Below, one piece after another: positions 25,033 through 38,719 of a DNA stretch of 64,000 nucleotides. The notes under the pieces were generated by a model that was given only the letters and a program-made list of their open reading frames with translations, was not told the origin of the DNA and did no database searches. This stretch comes from Felis catus (Eukaryota), in assembly GCF_018350175.1 (NCBI RefSeq), contig NC_058369.1:15254001-15318000 (forward strand). Direction: 5' to 3'. Position numbers and translations under genes: made by a program. How positions within the stretch are numbered: position 1 is the stretch's first letter; the number at the start of each line of letters is the position of its first letter.

Positions 25033-28025
25033 TATTAAAAAATTTTTTTTGGGGGGGCGTCTGGGTGGCTCCGCCGGTTAAGCATCCGACTTCAGTTCAG
25101 GTCATGATCTCACAGTCCGTGAGTTCGAGCCCTGCGTCGGGCTCTGTGCTGACGGCTCAGAGCCTGGAGCCTGCTTCGGATTCTGTGTCTCCCTCTCTCT
25201 CTCTGCCCCTCCCTTGCTCATGCTCTGTCTCTCTCTGTCTCAAAAATAAATAAAAACATTAAAAAAATTAAAAAAAAAATTAAAAGAAAATTTTGTTTTT
25301 GCTTATTGTTGAGAGTGAGACAGAGTGTGAGCGGGGGAGGAGCAGAGAGAGAGGGAGACACAGAATTGGAAGGAGGCTCCAGGCTGTGAGCTGTCAGCTG
25401 AGGTGTGAGATCATGACCTGAGCCAAAGTCAGACGCTTAACTGACTGAGCCACCCAGGCGTCCCATGTGGTTATTATTTACATTGATTTGATTTACTCTG
25501 GGAGGTCAGTCACTGCCATGTAATAAGTGAACCCTACTCTCTTTGGCCTGGAGCACACCGCACCCAGTTACATCTTCAGAGGCAGCTTAACTGCAAAAAT
25601 TGCTTGCAGTTTGTATTGTATGATTTGATGGCTGCCTAATGCCACTTTTTAATTTTAAACTTAAAGTCTTTTCTTTTTATGTTTATTTTTACTTTTGAGA
25701 GAGAGAGAGAGAGAGAAAGTGGGGACAGAGGATCCCAAGCAGGCTCTGCACCGACAGCAGAGAGCCCGACACAGGGCGCGATCTCATGAACTGTGAGATC
25801 AAGACCCGACCCAAAGTGGACACTTAGCCGACAGAACCACCCAGGTCGCCCCTAAGACCACCCTTTGCTTTTTGGTTTACGGTGCATCTAGGGCTCGCTT
25901 TGTTTCTGACTTTCAGTTGTTCTGTTTAAGATGATGAGCTTTTTGGGGCATCGTCCAGGTTCTGCTGAAATTAACTCCTTGTTAATTTTCATAAGCCATA
26001 TTTAAGTCAGATCATCCTGTCTAGCACTCCAAACTTGGTGAAAACGTGTCCAGCCGGTTTTTAAGTGATACGGCAAAAGAGAAACAAATCTCGCTGTAAT
26101 TGTCGACAGCATGAAAACCTGTTGAGCTTCCTGTTGTTTTAAAATCCATTCCCAGTGTCAGGACTAGTTCCAGAGATGGAGCAGCGGAGGATTCAGGTCA
26201 AGTTCAATGGACCTCACTCTAGGGAGGGAAGGAATATCTAATGTGGAATAACAACAGGGTCTGACATATGTATTCATTCATTTATTCACTATATAGTCAT
26301 TGAGTGCCAGCTTTATTCTTTTTTTTTTTAATTCTTTTTTTTAATGTTTATTTATTTTTGAGAAAGAGAGAGACACACACAGAGCATGAGCAAGGGAGGG
26401 GCGGGGAGAGAGGGAGACACAGAACCCGAAGCAGGCTCCGGGCTCCGAGCTGTCAGCACAGAGCCCGACGCGGGGCTCGAACCCATGAACCGTGAGATCG
26501 TGACCTGAGCCGGAGTCAGATGCTTAACTGACTGAGCCACCCAGGTGCCCTGCCAGCTTTATTCTAAACCCTGGGATTTCTATCGTATTAAATAGACCTA
26601 TCAGAGTCTTAGATTCAGCCTCAGTCAGTGGGCCTAAGGAAAGCCCAGTAAGCTCTGCCTTTTTCTGGAACTTGTTAACATGTTGATTATTTTGCTTTGT
26701 TCTTGAGTGGAAGTATGTGAAATAATTCTAAGGTACACGAAGAACAGTGTGGGAAGTAAAAGGCGGAGGGACCCGGGCAGCAGTTCTGCTCTCTACAAGG
26801 CCAGCAGGGACCTCCACAGAAATGCCTCTGTCCTCAACTTTCTCCACCTCAGCCACATGCAATGCAGTAGAGCATTTCTCCTTCTGTAACACACTCTACT
26901 CCCGGCGCAAGACCCCACATTCCAGACTCTCCTCCTGCATTTTGGCCTCCCCCTTCAGTGTATTCCACAAATTTTCCTGCTCCACTCCGTCTTTTGCATA
27001 CTCGTTATCAGGTCGAGAAAGTTCCCCTTTACTCCTAGTGTGCTGAGAATTTTTATCGTAACTGGGTGTTGGTTTTTGTGAAATGCCTTTTCTGTGTATA
27101 TTGAGATGGAATATAGTTTTTCTCTTTTATTCTGTTAATGTGATATGTCGATTGATTTTTTTCTAATCTTTTTTTTTTATTTAAAAAAAAAATTTTTTTT
27201 TTCAACGCTTATTTATTTTTGGGACAGAGAGAGACAGAGCATGAACGGGGGAGGGGCAGAGAGAGAGGGAGACACAGAATCGGAAACAGGCTCCAGGCTC
27301 TGAGCCATCAGCCTAGAGCCCGACGCGGGGCTCGAACTCACGGACCGCGAGATCGTGACCTGGCTGAAGTCGGACGCTCAACCGACTGCGCCACCCAGGC
27401 GCCCCGATTTTTTTCTAATCTTAAACCAACCTTGTCTTCCTTGTGTTCCTGTGTTCGTTTGGTCATAATGTTATTATTTTTTTAATGCATGTATTGCTGT
27501 ACATAATTGGTTAATCTCCCTATGTTCATGAGAGTACTGCTCTGTAATTTTCTTCTTCTTAAAAATTTTTTAATGTTTATTTATTTTTGAGAGAGAGAGT
27601 GAGAGAGTGTGAGCGCCACACGAGCGGGGGAGGGGCAGAGAGAGAAAGGTAGGGGGGACACAGAATCCGAAGCAGGCTCTAGGCTCTGAGCTATCAGCAC
27701 AGAGCCCGACGCCCGGCTCAAACCCAAGGACCGTGAGATCATGACCTGAACTGAAGTCTGGCTGTCAACCAACCGAACCACCCAGACGCCTCTGTAATTT
27801 TCTTCTCTAATGTCTTCATCTGGTTTTGCTATCGGGGTTATGCTGGCTCGTAAAACAAACTGGATGTTCCCTTCTTCCTGTTTTCTGAAAGCGTTGTGTA
27901 TTATTGGTATTCTTTCTTTCTTACTGTTTAATACTGTTTAATAGTTCGACGCGGGGCTTGAACTCATGAACCACGACCTGCGCGGAAGTTGGAAGTCTAA
28001 CCAACTGAGTCCGCCAGGCGCCCCG
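25033..28025. mobile_element. SINE-rich block: Can-SINEs at 25033+, 25292-, 25670-, 26315-, 27168-, 27565- and a fragment at 27946-, with old antisense L1M pieces (~27040-27940)
   Basis: Recognisable SINE bodies and TSDs (tgccagctttattct; gattttttt(t)ctaatctt; ctctgtaattttcttct). T-rich L1-like text in between. Confidence 0.85.
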
Positions 28026-30143
28026 CCTCACTCCATCTTTCTACATGACTTTCCCAACTGTTGAGGCCAGCAATGAATGCCGTTTTAGCCTGTGCTAATT
28101 TGTCATATGGGAAACGGCATCTAATTTTGTTTTTAATTTACATTTTCCAGAGTACTGTCCTAGTGAGGCGGGGATATTTTCATATGTTTGTTGTATTTAA
28201 TTTTCTTCTTCTCCGAGTGGCTTGCTTGCGTTATTTGCCAAGTTCCTCTTGGGTTGTTGGTCTTTTTCCTGTTCCTCTGCAGAATGCTTTATACAGCCTG
28301 CATTATTGATTCTTTGTTGGTTAAACGCACTGCAGATGTCTTCTCCCAGTCTGTGGTTTGTCCTTGATTTTGTGAGCCTGGCCAGACCACAAGTTGTAAT
28401 TTGGGGGTGAGAATGGGTGAGAATGATGATTTGGAAAGTTCAAAATAGCTTTTTCTTTGGTTTCCTCTTATAGTAGCAAGTAAGTCGTGCATAGAGGGAA
28501 GAAATGAGACAGGAGGTGAGACAGGTGGGTCGGTGTGACCCCCCCATGCTCTCCCTCCTTCATGGAGACGGGCCTAAAAGCCACGGCCATCACCTTTCTC
28601 TTGGGGAAAGCTAACGCCACAAAGAGGTAACCAGGCACGGACACTCCCAGGTTAGACGCGGACTTTGTAAATGGAGAGACGGGTGGTTTGGAGGTGAGGA
28701 ATCGATCTGGAATGAGGGCTTTAGTCAATGCGGTGATGACACCCGCCCGTCCCACCTCACAGATTTGTGGCAGGGTTCCCGTGAGGTGATCGTGAGAAAA
28801 ACGGTCGCGCAGTTTCCTCGTGTGACCCAATTAATGGTAGCGAGAATAAGTTAGTCCTGACGTTTGGATGTTTTAGCAGGGGCTTCTTGAAGCCAGAGAT
28901 CAGTTCTTTTCTTCCAAAAATCAGAAAAGACTGCCCTGCCAATTGGCTTCTTCTTAAACTCGTATAACGTCTGATGACACATTGAAAGCTTAGCACAGAC
29001 GGCGATTTTGTCGCGTTTTCATATGTTGTATGCACAGAGGATTGGGAAAGAAAACGACCCAGCTCCCACCCCGGCTGGTCTCCTGGCACCCTCTGGGACA
29101 GAGGCAGAGTGATGAGGGCATCAGGATGCCCAGTCTCCCCCACAGGCCTGGGCTTGGACCCCTATGTCTCGGGCCAGAGGCCTCCGGGTGCTGCCCGCGT
29201 CGGGTTTCCTGCTTGGGCTTCTTTGCTGTTTGCTGTAGAGGAGGAGGAGGAGGAAGATGGAGGCTCTGGGCCTGACAGCTGCCTGGTCCTAATGTGATGA
29301 CCGGCAAATGCGAGGAGGCGAGGGGAGTTGTGAGCAAGGGCACAATTACACGTGTGTCATTGGTTTTCCGTCTGCCGGCCGGGCCGCGGGTGTTCACGAA
29401 GCGCCCCGAGGGGCATCGCGTGGCCTTCAGTTTTCAAATTTTCGAATCTCTGTAGCTTCTAAAGAAGTAGAGAGCGGATTTCCAGGGCTTGTCCCCTCCC
29501 AGGTAATTTGAAGGGAAGAATGAGCGCTGGTCCAGTATCTTGATTAGAAAGTGGCCGATTCATCCGCCTTCCCGGGGCAGGTCTGCCCTGGGCCTCAGTA
29601 CCGGTACCGTCGTTTGGATTTTTTTTACTCTGGAGCATTCACTTGGTTTTGCTCCACAGGTGTGTAAAAATGGGGGGTTATTAACACCTGCTGAACAACA
29701 TTAAATGGTATGTGTCTTCATTTCTTGGAAATAAAGTGTTGAATCTAGTCCAGGGAAACTATGACACTCTGAAAATAGCAATTTTTTGAGCAGCGGTAAC
29801 CATGGTTGCTCTCAGTTAGAAGCTCGGTTGGTTTCAAATATGAAGTTTTGTTTCATGATGAAAAGGCCAGAAAGCTGGTCCTTCCGAGGGGATTGGCCGA
29901 CCCTTTTGTAGTAACAACTGTGTTAATTCTCTTGCCGTCCGGAAGGCAGGCGGCCAGCTGCCCCAGCTTCCTTCTGTTCCACCTTAAAAAGTTTCCTTAC
30001 CTCGGTTGGATCTTACTTCCTGTGTCGGAGGAAGAACCGTTCCTTTGCCTGTTCTTGGTTTTTTTTTTTTCCTTCTTAAAAAATGTATTTTTAACTTGTA
30101 CATACAATTCCATATTTCCACCCCCTTGAAAAAGAAGAAATAC

Positions 30144-32380
30144 AGGGACGCCTGGGTGGCTCAGTCGGTTGAGTGTCCGACTTCAGCTCAGGTCGTGATC
30201 TCACAGCTCGTGGGTTTGAGTCCCATGTTGGGCTCTGTGCTGGCAGCTTAGAGCCCAGAGCCTGCTTTGGATTCTGTGTCTCCCTCTCTCTCTCTGTCCC
30301 TCCCCGACTCACACTCTGTCTCTATCTCTGTCTCTCTCTCTCTCTCAAAAATAAATAAACATTAAAAAGAGAAGAAATCTAGCATAGATGGGGTTGTGGG
30401 CCCCTTTGACCACCCGCTCCTGACCAGGCCCTTTTGGGCCGTGATCTCTGGCATGTTCCAGGCTAAGTCCCTTGAGAGCCTTATGTTGTCGCATGTAACT
30501 GTGCCCTCCCCTGTATGCCTTTCTGCCAGTCCTCTTGCCATCCATCCGGCCTGCCAACCCTGAGACGCCCACGGCTCCGTTCAGAGGGAGGCGGAAGGCC
30601 CTGTCACGGTGAGCCATGGGCATGTGGCCCCGGCCACACCAGAGGCTGGCCTAGCCCCGGCTCCCAGGCCCTGCCTTCTGGCCAGCTCTGGTCTGAGTTG
30701 CCAGGTCTCTGACCCCTGTGTTTTCTCCCCGTCAGTAGCTGTCCCTGACTCCCCTTTGATACCCCAAGTCATGGTAGGTTTGTGGCCTTGCTGGAGTTCC
30801 TGGGCGGCCCGTGGCCAGTTCGCTGTCAGCTCCAGCCCCTGCTTTGCTTTTCGTAGCACGGTGACCCCTGCAGACCACGTCCCCCAAGCCCTGGTGTCAG
30901 CTGGCCTCCAGCTGGTTGGGGACGAAAAGAAACTGGCAAGACTGGCACGCAGGAGGAAAGGAGAAGCCGGAGAATTTCTAGCGTCTTCTTCACCGATCTG
31001 GTTCCATCTGGGCAGACCCACCTGTTTCGGTTTCTGTACCTGATCTCAGCCTTTCAGCTGTCACCTCCCCTTTCCGCCTTTGTTCCTTTGGTCTGGAGGT
31101 GGTGGTGGTGTCCTGCCCTTCCAAGTTTTGGGGATGTCGTGCTGTGCCTCTTGGCTTCAATTAAAAGTGAGAAGAGTTTAGAGTGTTTGTTAGAAGAACG
31201 GCAGGAAATGATGGGTTTTTTTCACACACTGGAAGTTTATTTTCTAGATTTCCAAGTTAGAGCTGCTAGGGCTTTGTCTCTATTCTTTTTTTTTGCAGAA
31301 ACAACTCCGTCCAGGGGCGCCTGGGAGGCTCAGTCGGTGAAGCATCCGACTTCGGCTCAGGTCATGATCTCTCGGCTTGTGGGTTTGAGCCCCGTGCTGG
31401 GTTCTGTGCTGACAGCTCAGAGCCTGGAGCCTGCTTCGGATTCTGTGTCTCTCTGTCTCTCTCTCTGACCCTCCCCGGCTCACACTCTGTCTCAAAAATA
31501 AATAAACATTAGAAACAAAATTAAGAAAAAAGAAAAGAAAGCACTCCTATCCAAGAAGAATTAACTCCCAGGGAACTGAGAGAGCCCAGGTGACCCTAAC
31601 ATATAAATCCAGATGTTGGCTTTGTTTTTTAGGCCAAATTGCCTAGTTGGCATGGGTGAGCTGTAGGTATAGTTACTTATTGGAACTGTGGGAGGATTAA
31701 ACCAAGTTATGGGGCGCCTGGGTTGCTCAGTCAGTGAAGCATCCGGCTTTTGATTTTGGCTTAGGTCATGATCTCACGGTTTGAGTTGGAGCCCTGCATT
31801 GGGCTCTGTGCTGACAGCTCTCATTGGAATTCTCTCTCTCCCTCTGTCTCTCTCTCTCTCTGCCCCTTCTGCTCGCACTCTATCTCAAAAATAAATAAAC
31901 ATTTACAAAAATTTTTTAAAAAATAAATAAACCAAGTTACGGTGATAGAAAGGAATAGGAATTTCAGAACCAAAAAGGAGAGTTTAGAGTTCTCCCGGTG
32001 AACGTTGTAGATAGTCTCGGCCATAGGAAACCACAGGCGAGAAAGCGGGCATCCCGTACCTGGAATGGAGGTATTTGATGTGGTGTCCAAGAGACCAAGA
32101 GGTGAACGAGGCTCGCATAGAAATCACCTGACACGTGTCTTTTTATTTATTTATTTATTTAAAAAAAATTTTTTTTTAACATTTATTTATTTTTGAGACA
32201 GAGAGAGACAGAGCATGAACGGGGGGAGGGCCAGAGAGAGAGGGAGACACAGAATCTGAAGCAGGCTCCAGGCCCTGAGCTGTCAGCACAGAGCCCGATG
32301 CGGGGCTCGAACTCACGGACCGTGAGATCGTGACCTGAGCGAAGTCGGACGCTCAACTGACTGAGCCACCCAGGCGCCCC
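30144..32380. mobile_element. Four dispersed Can-SINEs (30144+, 31314+, 31711+, 32140-)
   Basis: SINE bodies; TSDs such as aaaccaagtta and cctgacacgtgtctttt. Confidence 0.9.
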
Positions 32381-33169
32381 CTGACACGTGTCTTTTACAT
32401 AGATGGGCTGTAACAATTTGACCAGCACATAGAATCTGCTGCCTGGAAGGAGGGGACAGGCTCTGTTATTTCATGATCTTGTTCGAGGTCTCCCCTTGGT
32501 TCCCTCTTGACGGTAGTGAATCCTCTCTAGCACAAGAGTGAGCTCTGCACTTGGCCCCTGGGTCTCTGGAAACCCAGGTACCGGAGCGATGGGACCCTTT
32601 CCTCTTCCATAGAGAGTTGGCTCACGGAACCTTTATTCCAGTGACTGGCCCGTGGCGGAAGCAACTGTTCTGACTTCAAGATGCGGAAAGGCCCTCCCGC
32701 GGGCTGTATTCTAGGGCAGGCGTTTGCTTTTTGTCAGGCTTTGGTAAGAATGAAATATTAAGAAGCTTTAAGATTTTCTAACTTGATTTTCATAGACAGC
32801 TTGGGTAACATGTGGGCTAAGACTCTTTTCATGCTAATTTCATCTGAAAACAAAAATAGAAAAATATTACGTAAATCCAGACTGGTTTTTGTGACTGTCT
32901 CTGTATTGACTTTATTTAAAAATACGGACAGCATCTAACAGAATGTTAATGGGCAGGAGCATTGAACCAGTGCCATTTGGCAGTTCCAACAAAGAAACCA
33001 AGTGGTAATTAAGTTTTCCCCTTTCTCGTGGAACAGTTACACAACAGTTCCATTTTTCTGCCAGTGAAGCAGCCTCGGGAGAATTGAAGCACAGCTGGAA
33101 GGTGCACTCCTGTGTCGTCCGTGGAAGCATTGCAGAACTTTCTAGTAATCCAGCATAAAGCCCCAAAAT

Positions 33170-33612
33170 GGGACTTCTTCCTTCCTTTCCTCCCTCCCTC
33201 CCTCCCTCCCTCCCTCCCTCTCCCTCCCTCCTTTTCCTTCCTTCCTTCCTTCCTCCCTCCCTCCCTCCCTCCCCCCTCTCTCCCTCCCTCCCTCCCTCCT
33301 TTCCTCCCTCCCTCCCTTCCTTCCCCTTCCTTCCTTCCTTCCTTCCTTCCTTCCTTCCTTCCTTCCTCCCTCTCTCCCTCCCCCCTCCCTCCCTCCCTCC
33401 CTCCCTCCTTTCCTCCCTCCCTCCCTCCCTTCCTTCCCCTTCCTTCCTTCCTTCCTTCCTTCCTTCCTTCCTTCCTCCCTCCCTCCCTCCCTCCCTCCCT
33501 CCCTCCCTCCCTCCTTTCCTCCCTCCCTCCCTTCCTTCCCCTTCCTTCCTTCCTTCCTTCCTTCCTTCCTTCCTTCCTTCCCCTCTCTCTGTCTCTCTCT
33601 TCTTTCTTTTTA
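33170..33612. repeat. ~440 bp polypyrimidine (CCTT)n/(CCCT)n compound microsatellite
   Basis: Almost exclusively C/T on the + strand. Confidence 0.97.
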
Positions 33613-34679
33613 AAAATTAAAGGAAAAGAGAGGAAAGGCTGTGATGCTTAACAGTTGTTACAAGGGAATGTTTTTCGTCTATGGATTAAGCAGTGCTAAA
33701 GAGAAAGCTATATCCTTGCGAGTGTTTGTTTTACTTAGGATTCTTGGCCACCATGGACTGCAACCCGGGTCAGACCGGCTTAGCCAAAAACGGGGGGTGG
33801 GAGGGGGTGGGTGTGTTTTTACAGATCCTGATGTGTCTCACAGAATCAAAGGGAAATGTTGCAGGAAGAGGCCCACGGGGATGGGGACCAGGTCCTTGAA
33901 GGCTGCCTGTGTCACCAGTCTCAGTGTGCACACCAGCTGTGCTTTCTCAGACATCTCCTCCAGGCGGAAGGTGGGCTCGCCAGGAGCCCTGGGCTCGTAT
34001 CCTTGTTCCTCCTGGCCAAGGAGAAAGGAGTCAAGAGTGTGCTGTTGCCCTCCCCGTCTTTATTGCCCCCACGCCCTACAGACCACAGACAAGCCCCGAG
34101 AAGGGTTCAGACACGGGTAACCGGAGGGACGGATTTTGTGACTGGCAGCCCCCAGCAGGACTGTGTGAAGTTAGAGGAGGAGCAGTTTCCAGAAGGGGAG
34201 GCCACTGTGGGGGAGGATGAGGCATTTTGGGCCTGCCACATTTAGCAAGAGGAAGGGAGACCTCGGGTCTGGAAGATCAACGAGATTGGGTTGTGTCTGG
34301 CCGGGTTCCTAAAACTTAAAGAACAGATACTCCTGGGGGAATGTCAGGATGTTTTCAAAAGCCATACACACATGCTTACACGCACACACACACATACTTA
34401 CATATTTTGTACATGATATGTTAAACGAAAAAAAACCGCAGGTCATAAAATAGCGTATATCAGGTTCTATTTCTGAAAAACATAACCTATCTGGCTCCCA
34501 TATACGTGTGCACATATTTGTATATCTATGCTTGAGTGAGAACGACGTGGAAAGATTCAGAGGCTGGTGGTGGTCTCAGGTAAGTCAAAGAGTTGAGAAT
34601 GGGGGTCGGGGCCACAGGGAGAGAGGGTCAGCTTTGCTTTTGATGTATCACGTGTTGTATCGTTGCGTTTGTTAAAAAA

Positions 34680-34889
34680 ATTTTTTTTTTTTTTACATTT
34701 CTTTATTTTTGAGACACGGAGAGAGCACAAGTGGGGAGGGGCGGAGAGAGAAGGAGACAGAATCCAAAGCAGGCTCCAGGCTCCGAGCTGTCAGCACAGA
34801 GCCTGACGCGGGGCTCGAACTCACAAACCGTGAGATCATGACCCGAGCTGAAGTCGGACGCTTAACCGACTGAGCCCCCCGGGCGCCCC
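34680..34889 (-). mobile_element. Can-SINE
   Basis: Typical body. Confidence 0.9.
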
Positions 34890-36965
34890 GATTGTTTCAT
34901 TTGTCAAAATGAGCTCGTATTACGGTTGTACCTTGGGAAACATCCCGTTAAGGAGGAAGAAAGGACCCGGTTCAGACTGAGCTCGGGACGGGTGTGGACG
35001 GAGGCACCGAAGGTGGCCGTGGGGTCACCTCAGGCCGGGAACCCAGGGCTTCCCAGCGGGATGCTGCAAGAGCAGCCTCTCCCACAGCGATAGGAAGCTG
35101 AGGTGCCCGCAGGGCTACGTGTTCCCCGAGCCTGAATCTCTTCCAGAAAGCACATGTGAGTGGATCAGACTCACCACCCCCCCCAGGGAGGCCAGGTCCA
35201 CAAGGCGATGTGACCCTGCCGGGCACAGCCAGAGGCAGGGCCCGGGTGGCTGCTTCCTCGTGGGCTACCCGGCGACTCCCCCGGCTTCGGCCCGCGTGGC
35301 AGGAACGCTTGGGCTTGAAGCACCTGATACGAGCCATTGATTTTGCAGGAATGACTTTTCCTTTTATGGAAAAGCAGGCCAAATAGATGACTGGCCCTCT
35401 GAACCTCACGGTCTGTTCGGTTCGGTTAAGAACTTCTAGTGCCCGACACCAGCATGCTGCAGACGGTTGTCACAAGCAACCCACGCTCAGGAAGGCACAG
35501 GGCTGAGGACGTGGGTGAGGTCAAGGCGTCTCCCCGCCTGCTCTCATAGCCATCCAGATAAATGTGGCCAAAGAGGCCGGCTGAGGTCTTGACGGGGGAG
35601 CCAGTGGTGGGCAGTGTTGTGGGTGCTGAAGACCAGGTGGCAGGTGGCCGATGGCCAGCGCTGCCACGTACGGGGTGCCCGTACTGGGCACCGTGCTGCG
35701 TGTGCCCCTGACACGGCACGTCACGTCCACGATGCGAGGTGGCCGCTCTCAGTCACGAGTGGAGTAAGTAAGGTGCCTCGGGTCCCACTGCCGGTGAACG
35801 GCAGGCTTGGGTTTGGGGCTGTCCCCCGCCGGCCACACAGTCTCCTGAAGAGCGAGCCTCTCCAGGCATTTCCCACTCACTAGCCAGAGGGGTTTGAGCG
35901 GCTCTGATTTGGGTTAGGTGCATGGTCTTTGTCTTTAGATGGAATGATTCCAGCAGACTCCTCAAACCCATTTAAAAAGTAATGTGCCCAGCAGAATGGG
36001 GACTCTAAGACAAGTGGCTCTACTCCCTGGAAGGGGCCTGCCTGTTTTCTTCCTGTTTCCTGTTAAGTGGGGCTAGGGGGAGAACAGACCTGGCGGCTGG
36101 GAGGGGAGACGAGTCCAGTTTGGGACACTTCAAGTCATGGGTGCCTAAGGACCCGAGGCAGAGATGGTCATGGGCGATACTCATGTGCACTTCAGAGAGT
36201 TCTCGTGCCAGACGGAAAGATGGAAGAAAGCTCCAGGTGCATGGTGGGAAAGAAATAAGAGCTAAAACAAACAAACAAACAAACAAAAAACCCATACGTA
36301 AATAATATGATCCCGATCTCTAAAAATTGGATATAAATTTGCCAAATTTAACTCGTTATGTATGGCTGTATGGGAGAGTTACAAGTGAGTTTTGTTTTCT
36401 CCTGAATATTTTTCTCTGCGTACCCAGTTATTTATGGTGAAAATGCATTACTCCAAATATCAGAGGGATACTTTTTTTTAACAAAAGAAAACCAGACCTG
36501 TTTCTCTCGTGGAAAATGTCCTGTTTTGATGCTCACGCGTGATGAGGTAGTGGCAGTAAATGCCTCCGAGTATCGGTCACTGTCCCGAGGAACTGTGTGT
36601 GAACAAAAGCTCAGGTCGTCTGTATGATTACAAGCGAGACTGTCCCTTGGTACCACAGTACGTGTGTCAAGCCATGGCTCCTGTTCACAGCATGTAAGTC
36701 AGGTTGACGGAACTCGGTGTGGAAGCTGCGAGCTGAGCTACGTAACGGGTTGCCCATTTGCCGAAATGGGTAGTCACGAAAAATAGTCCACTCAGAGAAA
36801 ATTGCTGTTGGTACCACAGTGTATATAACCTTCTAAATTCTCTCCTCTGCATACGTCATAGTAGCCAACTGGCTTTCAAAAGCATCGTTTGGAATCATCC
36901 AGAAAGGGTATGTTAGTAGGAGAGAATGCCTATTTATTGCCCAGAAGACAATGCTGCTAGAGGTT

Positions 36966-36968
<3 letters not shown>

Positions 36969-37018
<50 letters not shown>

Positions 37019-37034
37019 TTTATTTATTTTTTGA
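36969..37034 (-). repeat. (TTTA)n microsatellite, probably a SINE tail-only insertion
   Basis: Flanked by the direct repeat TAGAGGTTTTA (36958-36968, 37035-37045). Confidence 0.85.
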
Positions 37035-37084
37035 TAGAGGTTTTAGCAATCTGCCATGACCGATGTTTCTCTTCTGGGTGCTAG

Positions 37085-37216
<132 letters not shown>

Positions 37217-38059
37217 TAAACATGTGTACTAATCTGGGTATGAGAAACAGAGAGCCAAGCAGACCAAACATTGCAGTCTGCCAGGCGATAAACAGCGTCG
37301 TGTATATTGGCGTTTGGCTTTTAGCCTGCTGTATTCTTTGCTGAGAAAGGACAAAGAAGGTTTTGGGTATTCATTGATGTGTTCCGTCTGATGCTTTGTT
37401 GTTTGCAAAGTTATTCTTCCCCTGAGGATTTGCATTTGGAAGGCAAAAGAAGGAGACGGTTGCGTTTGTTCAATGTCTACAATGCTTCTCCTCTTCTTGA
37501 CCATAGTGTGAGCTGTATCTGAGTCCCACATTGTAATTTTCTCTGAAAATTCTGTTAATTTTTGCCTTCGCTATGCTAGAGCAAGAGGAACTTAGGCATT
37601 CAATGTAGAAATATATGGCCAATATATTTTGGGTATGGCTTTCTCCAAGGGGGGGGACACACTCCCAATTCCACCTGTGCCTCAGGCTTCCACATATATG
37701 CGTATCAGCAGTGCCCATCCCTCGTACCAGAACGCAGTGGAATGTTCTGGGCTCACTCCAACAGCCTCTTTCACAAAGATCGGCGGCCCTTCCATACCCC
37801 ATGCCTCTAGAGATGTAGAAGGGCAGTTCCAGGGCCTGTGTCCACGTCTTTCACCTCCCTTCGCTTTATCTTGCCCAACGCTACATTGCAAAAGCGTCCA
37901 CTATACCTTTTTTTTTCCTCTTTTTTCTCCTAACCCCCAGCTCCCACTTTTTCCGTTATGGTTAATTCCAGATTAAATGGGAATGATGAAAGAAGGAAGA
38001 AAAGGTAGTCAAATAAAGTGGATCAAATATGGCACCAAGTTGACGTAAACGAGACCAAT

Positions 38060-38277
38060 GATCGTGGAGTTATGATCCATGGGCCACATTTGGCCCTGCC
38101 TGATTTTATAAATAAAGCTTTATCGGAACACAGCCATACCCATTTGCTTACATATTGGCCGTGGCTGCTTTCATGATACAGGGGCAGAGTTGAGTAGTTG
38201 TGACAGACCATATGGCTCACAAAGCTGAAAACATTTCCCATCTGCCCCTTTACAGAAGAAGTTTACCAGCCCCTCCA
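38060..38277. mobile_element. MER58A-like hAT-Charlie MITE
   Basis: 'aataaagctttatcggaacacagccatacccattt...cctttacagaagaagtttacc' resembles MER58A. Confidence 0.75.
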
Positions 38278-38322
38278 CTAGAAAATAGCAGTTAAGAAGG
38301 TGGGGGCGCCTGGGTGGCTCAG

Positions 38323-38555
38323 CTGGTTAAGCATCCGACTCTTGATCTTGGCTCAGGTCATGATCTCTCAGTTCATGGGATTAAGCCCCACGTTGGGCTG
38401 TGTGCCGACAGCACAGGGCCTGCTTGGGATTCTCTCTCCCTCTCTCTCTGCCCCTCCCCCATGCATATTCTCTCCCTTTCTCTCTCTCTCTCTCTCTCCC
38501 TCTCTCCCTCTCCCTCTCCTTCTCTCTCTCAATAAATAAACTTGAAACAAAGAAA
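38323..38555 (+). mobile_element. Can-SINE
   Basis: Head, long (CT)n, AATAAA tail. Confidence 0.9.
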
Positions 38556-38719
38556 AGAAGATGGGCGCTGAATCAGGCCACCTCAGTGCAAATCCTATCT
38601 TTCCTTGTTAGCCAATCATCTTGAGGAAATTACTTAGCGTCTTTGTGCCTCAGTTTCTCTCTCTGTAAAAGAGCAATAGCCATAGCCCCTACCTCATCTG
38701 AATGGGTGAAGATTAAGTG

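Noticed and set aside
29490..29510. Other AG|GT juxtapositions (29502, 34579, 57459)
   Set aside because: Weaker donor or weaker pyrimidine tract/branch point than the 42537 site; expected by chance.
33112..33651. 179-aa and 150-aa Pro/Ser/Leu/Phe-rich ORFs
   Set aside because: Translations of the CCTT/CCCT microsatellite, stop-free only because of base composition.
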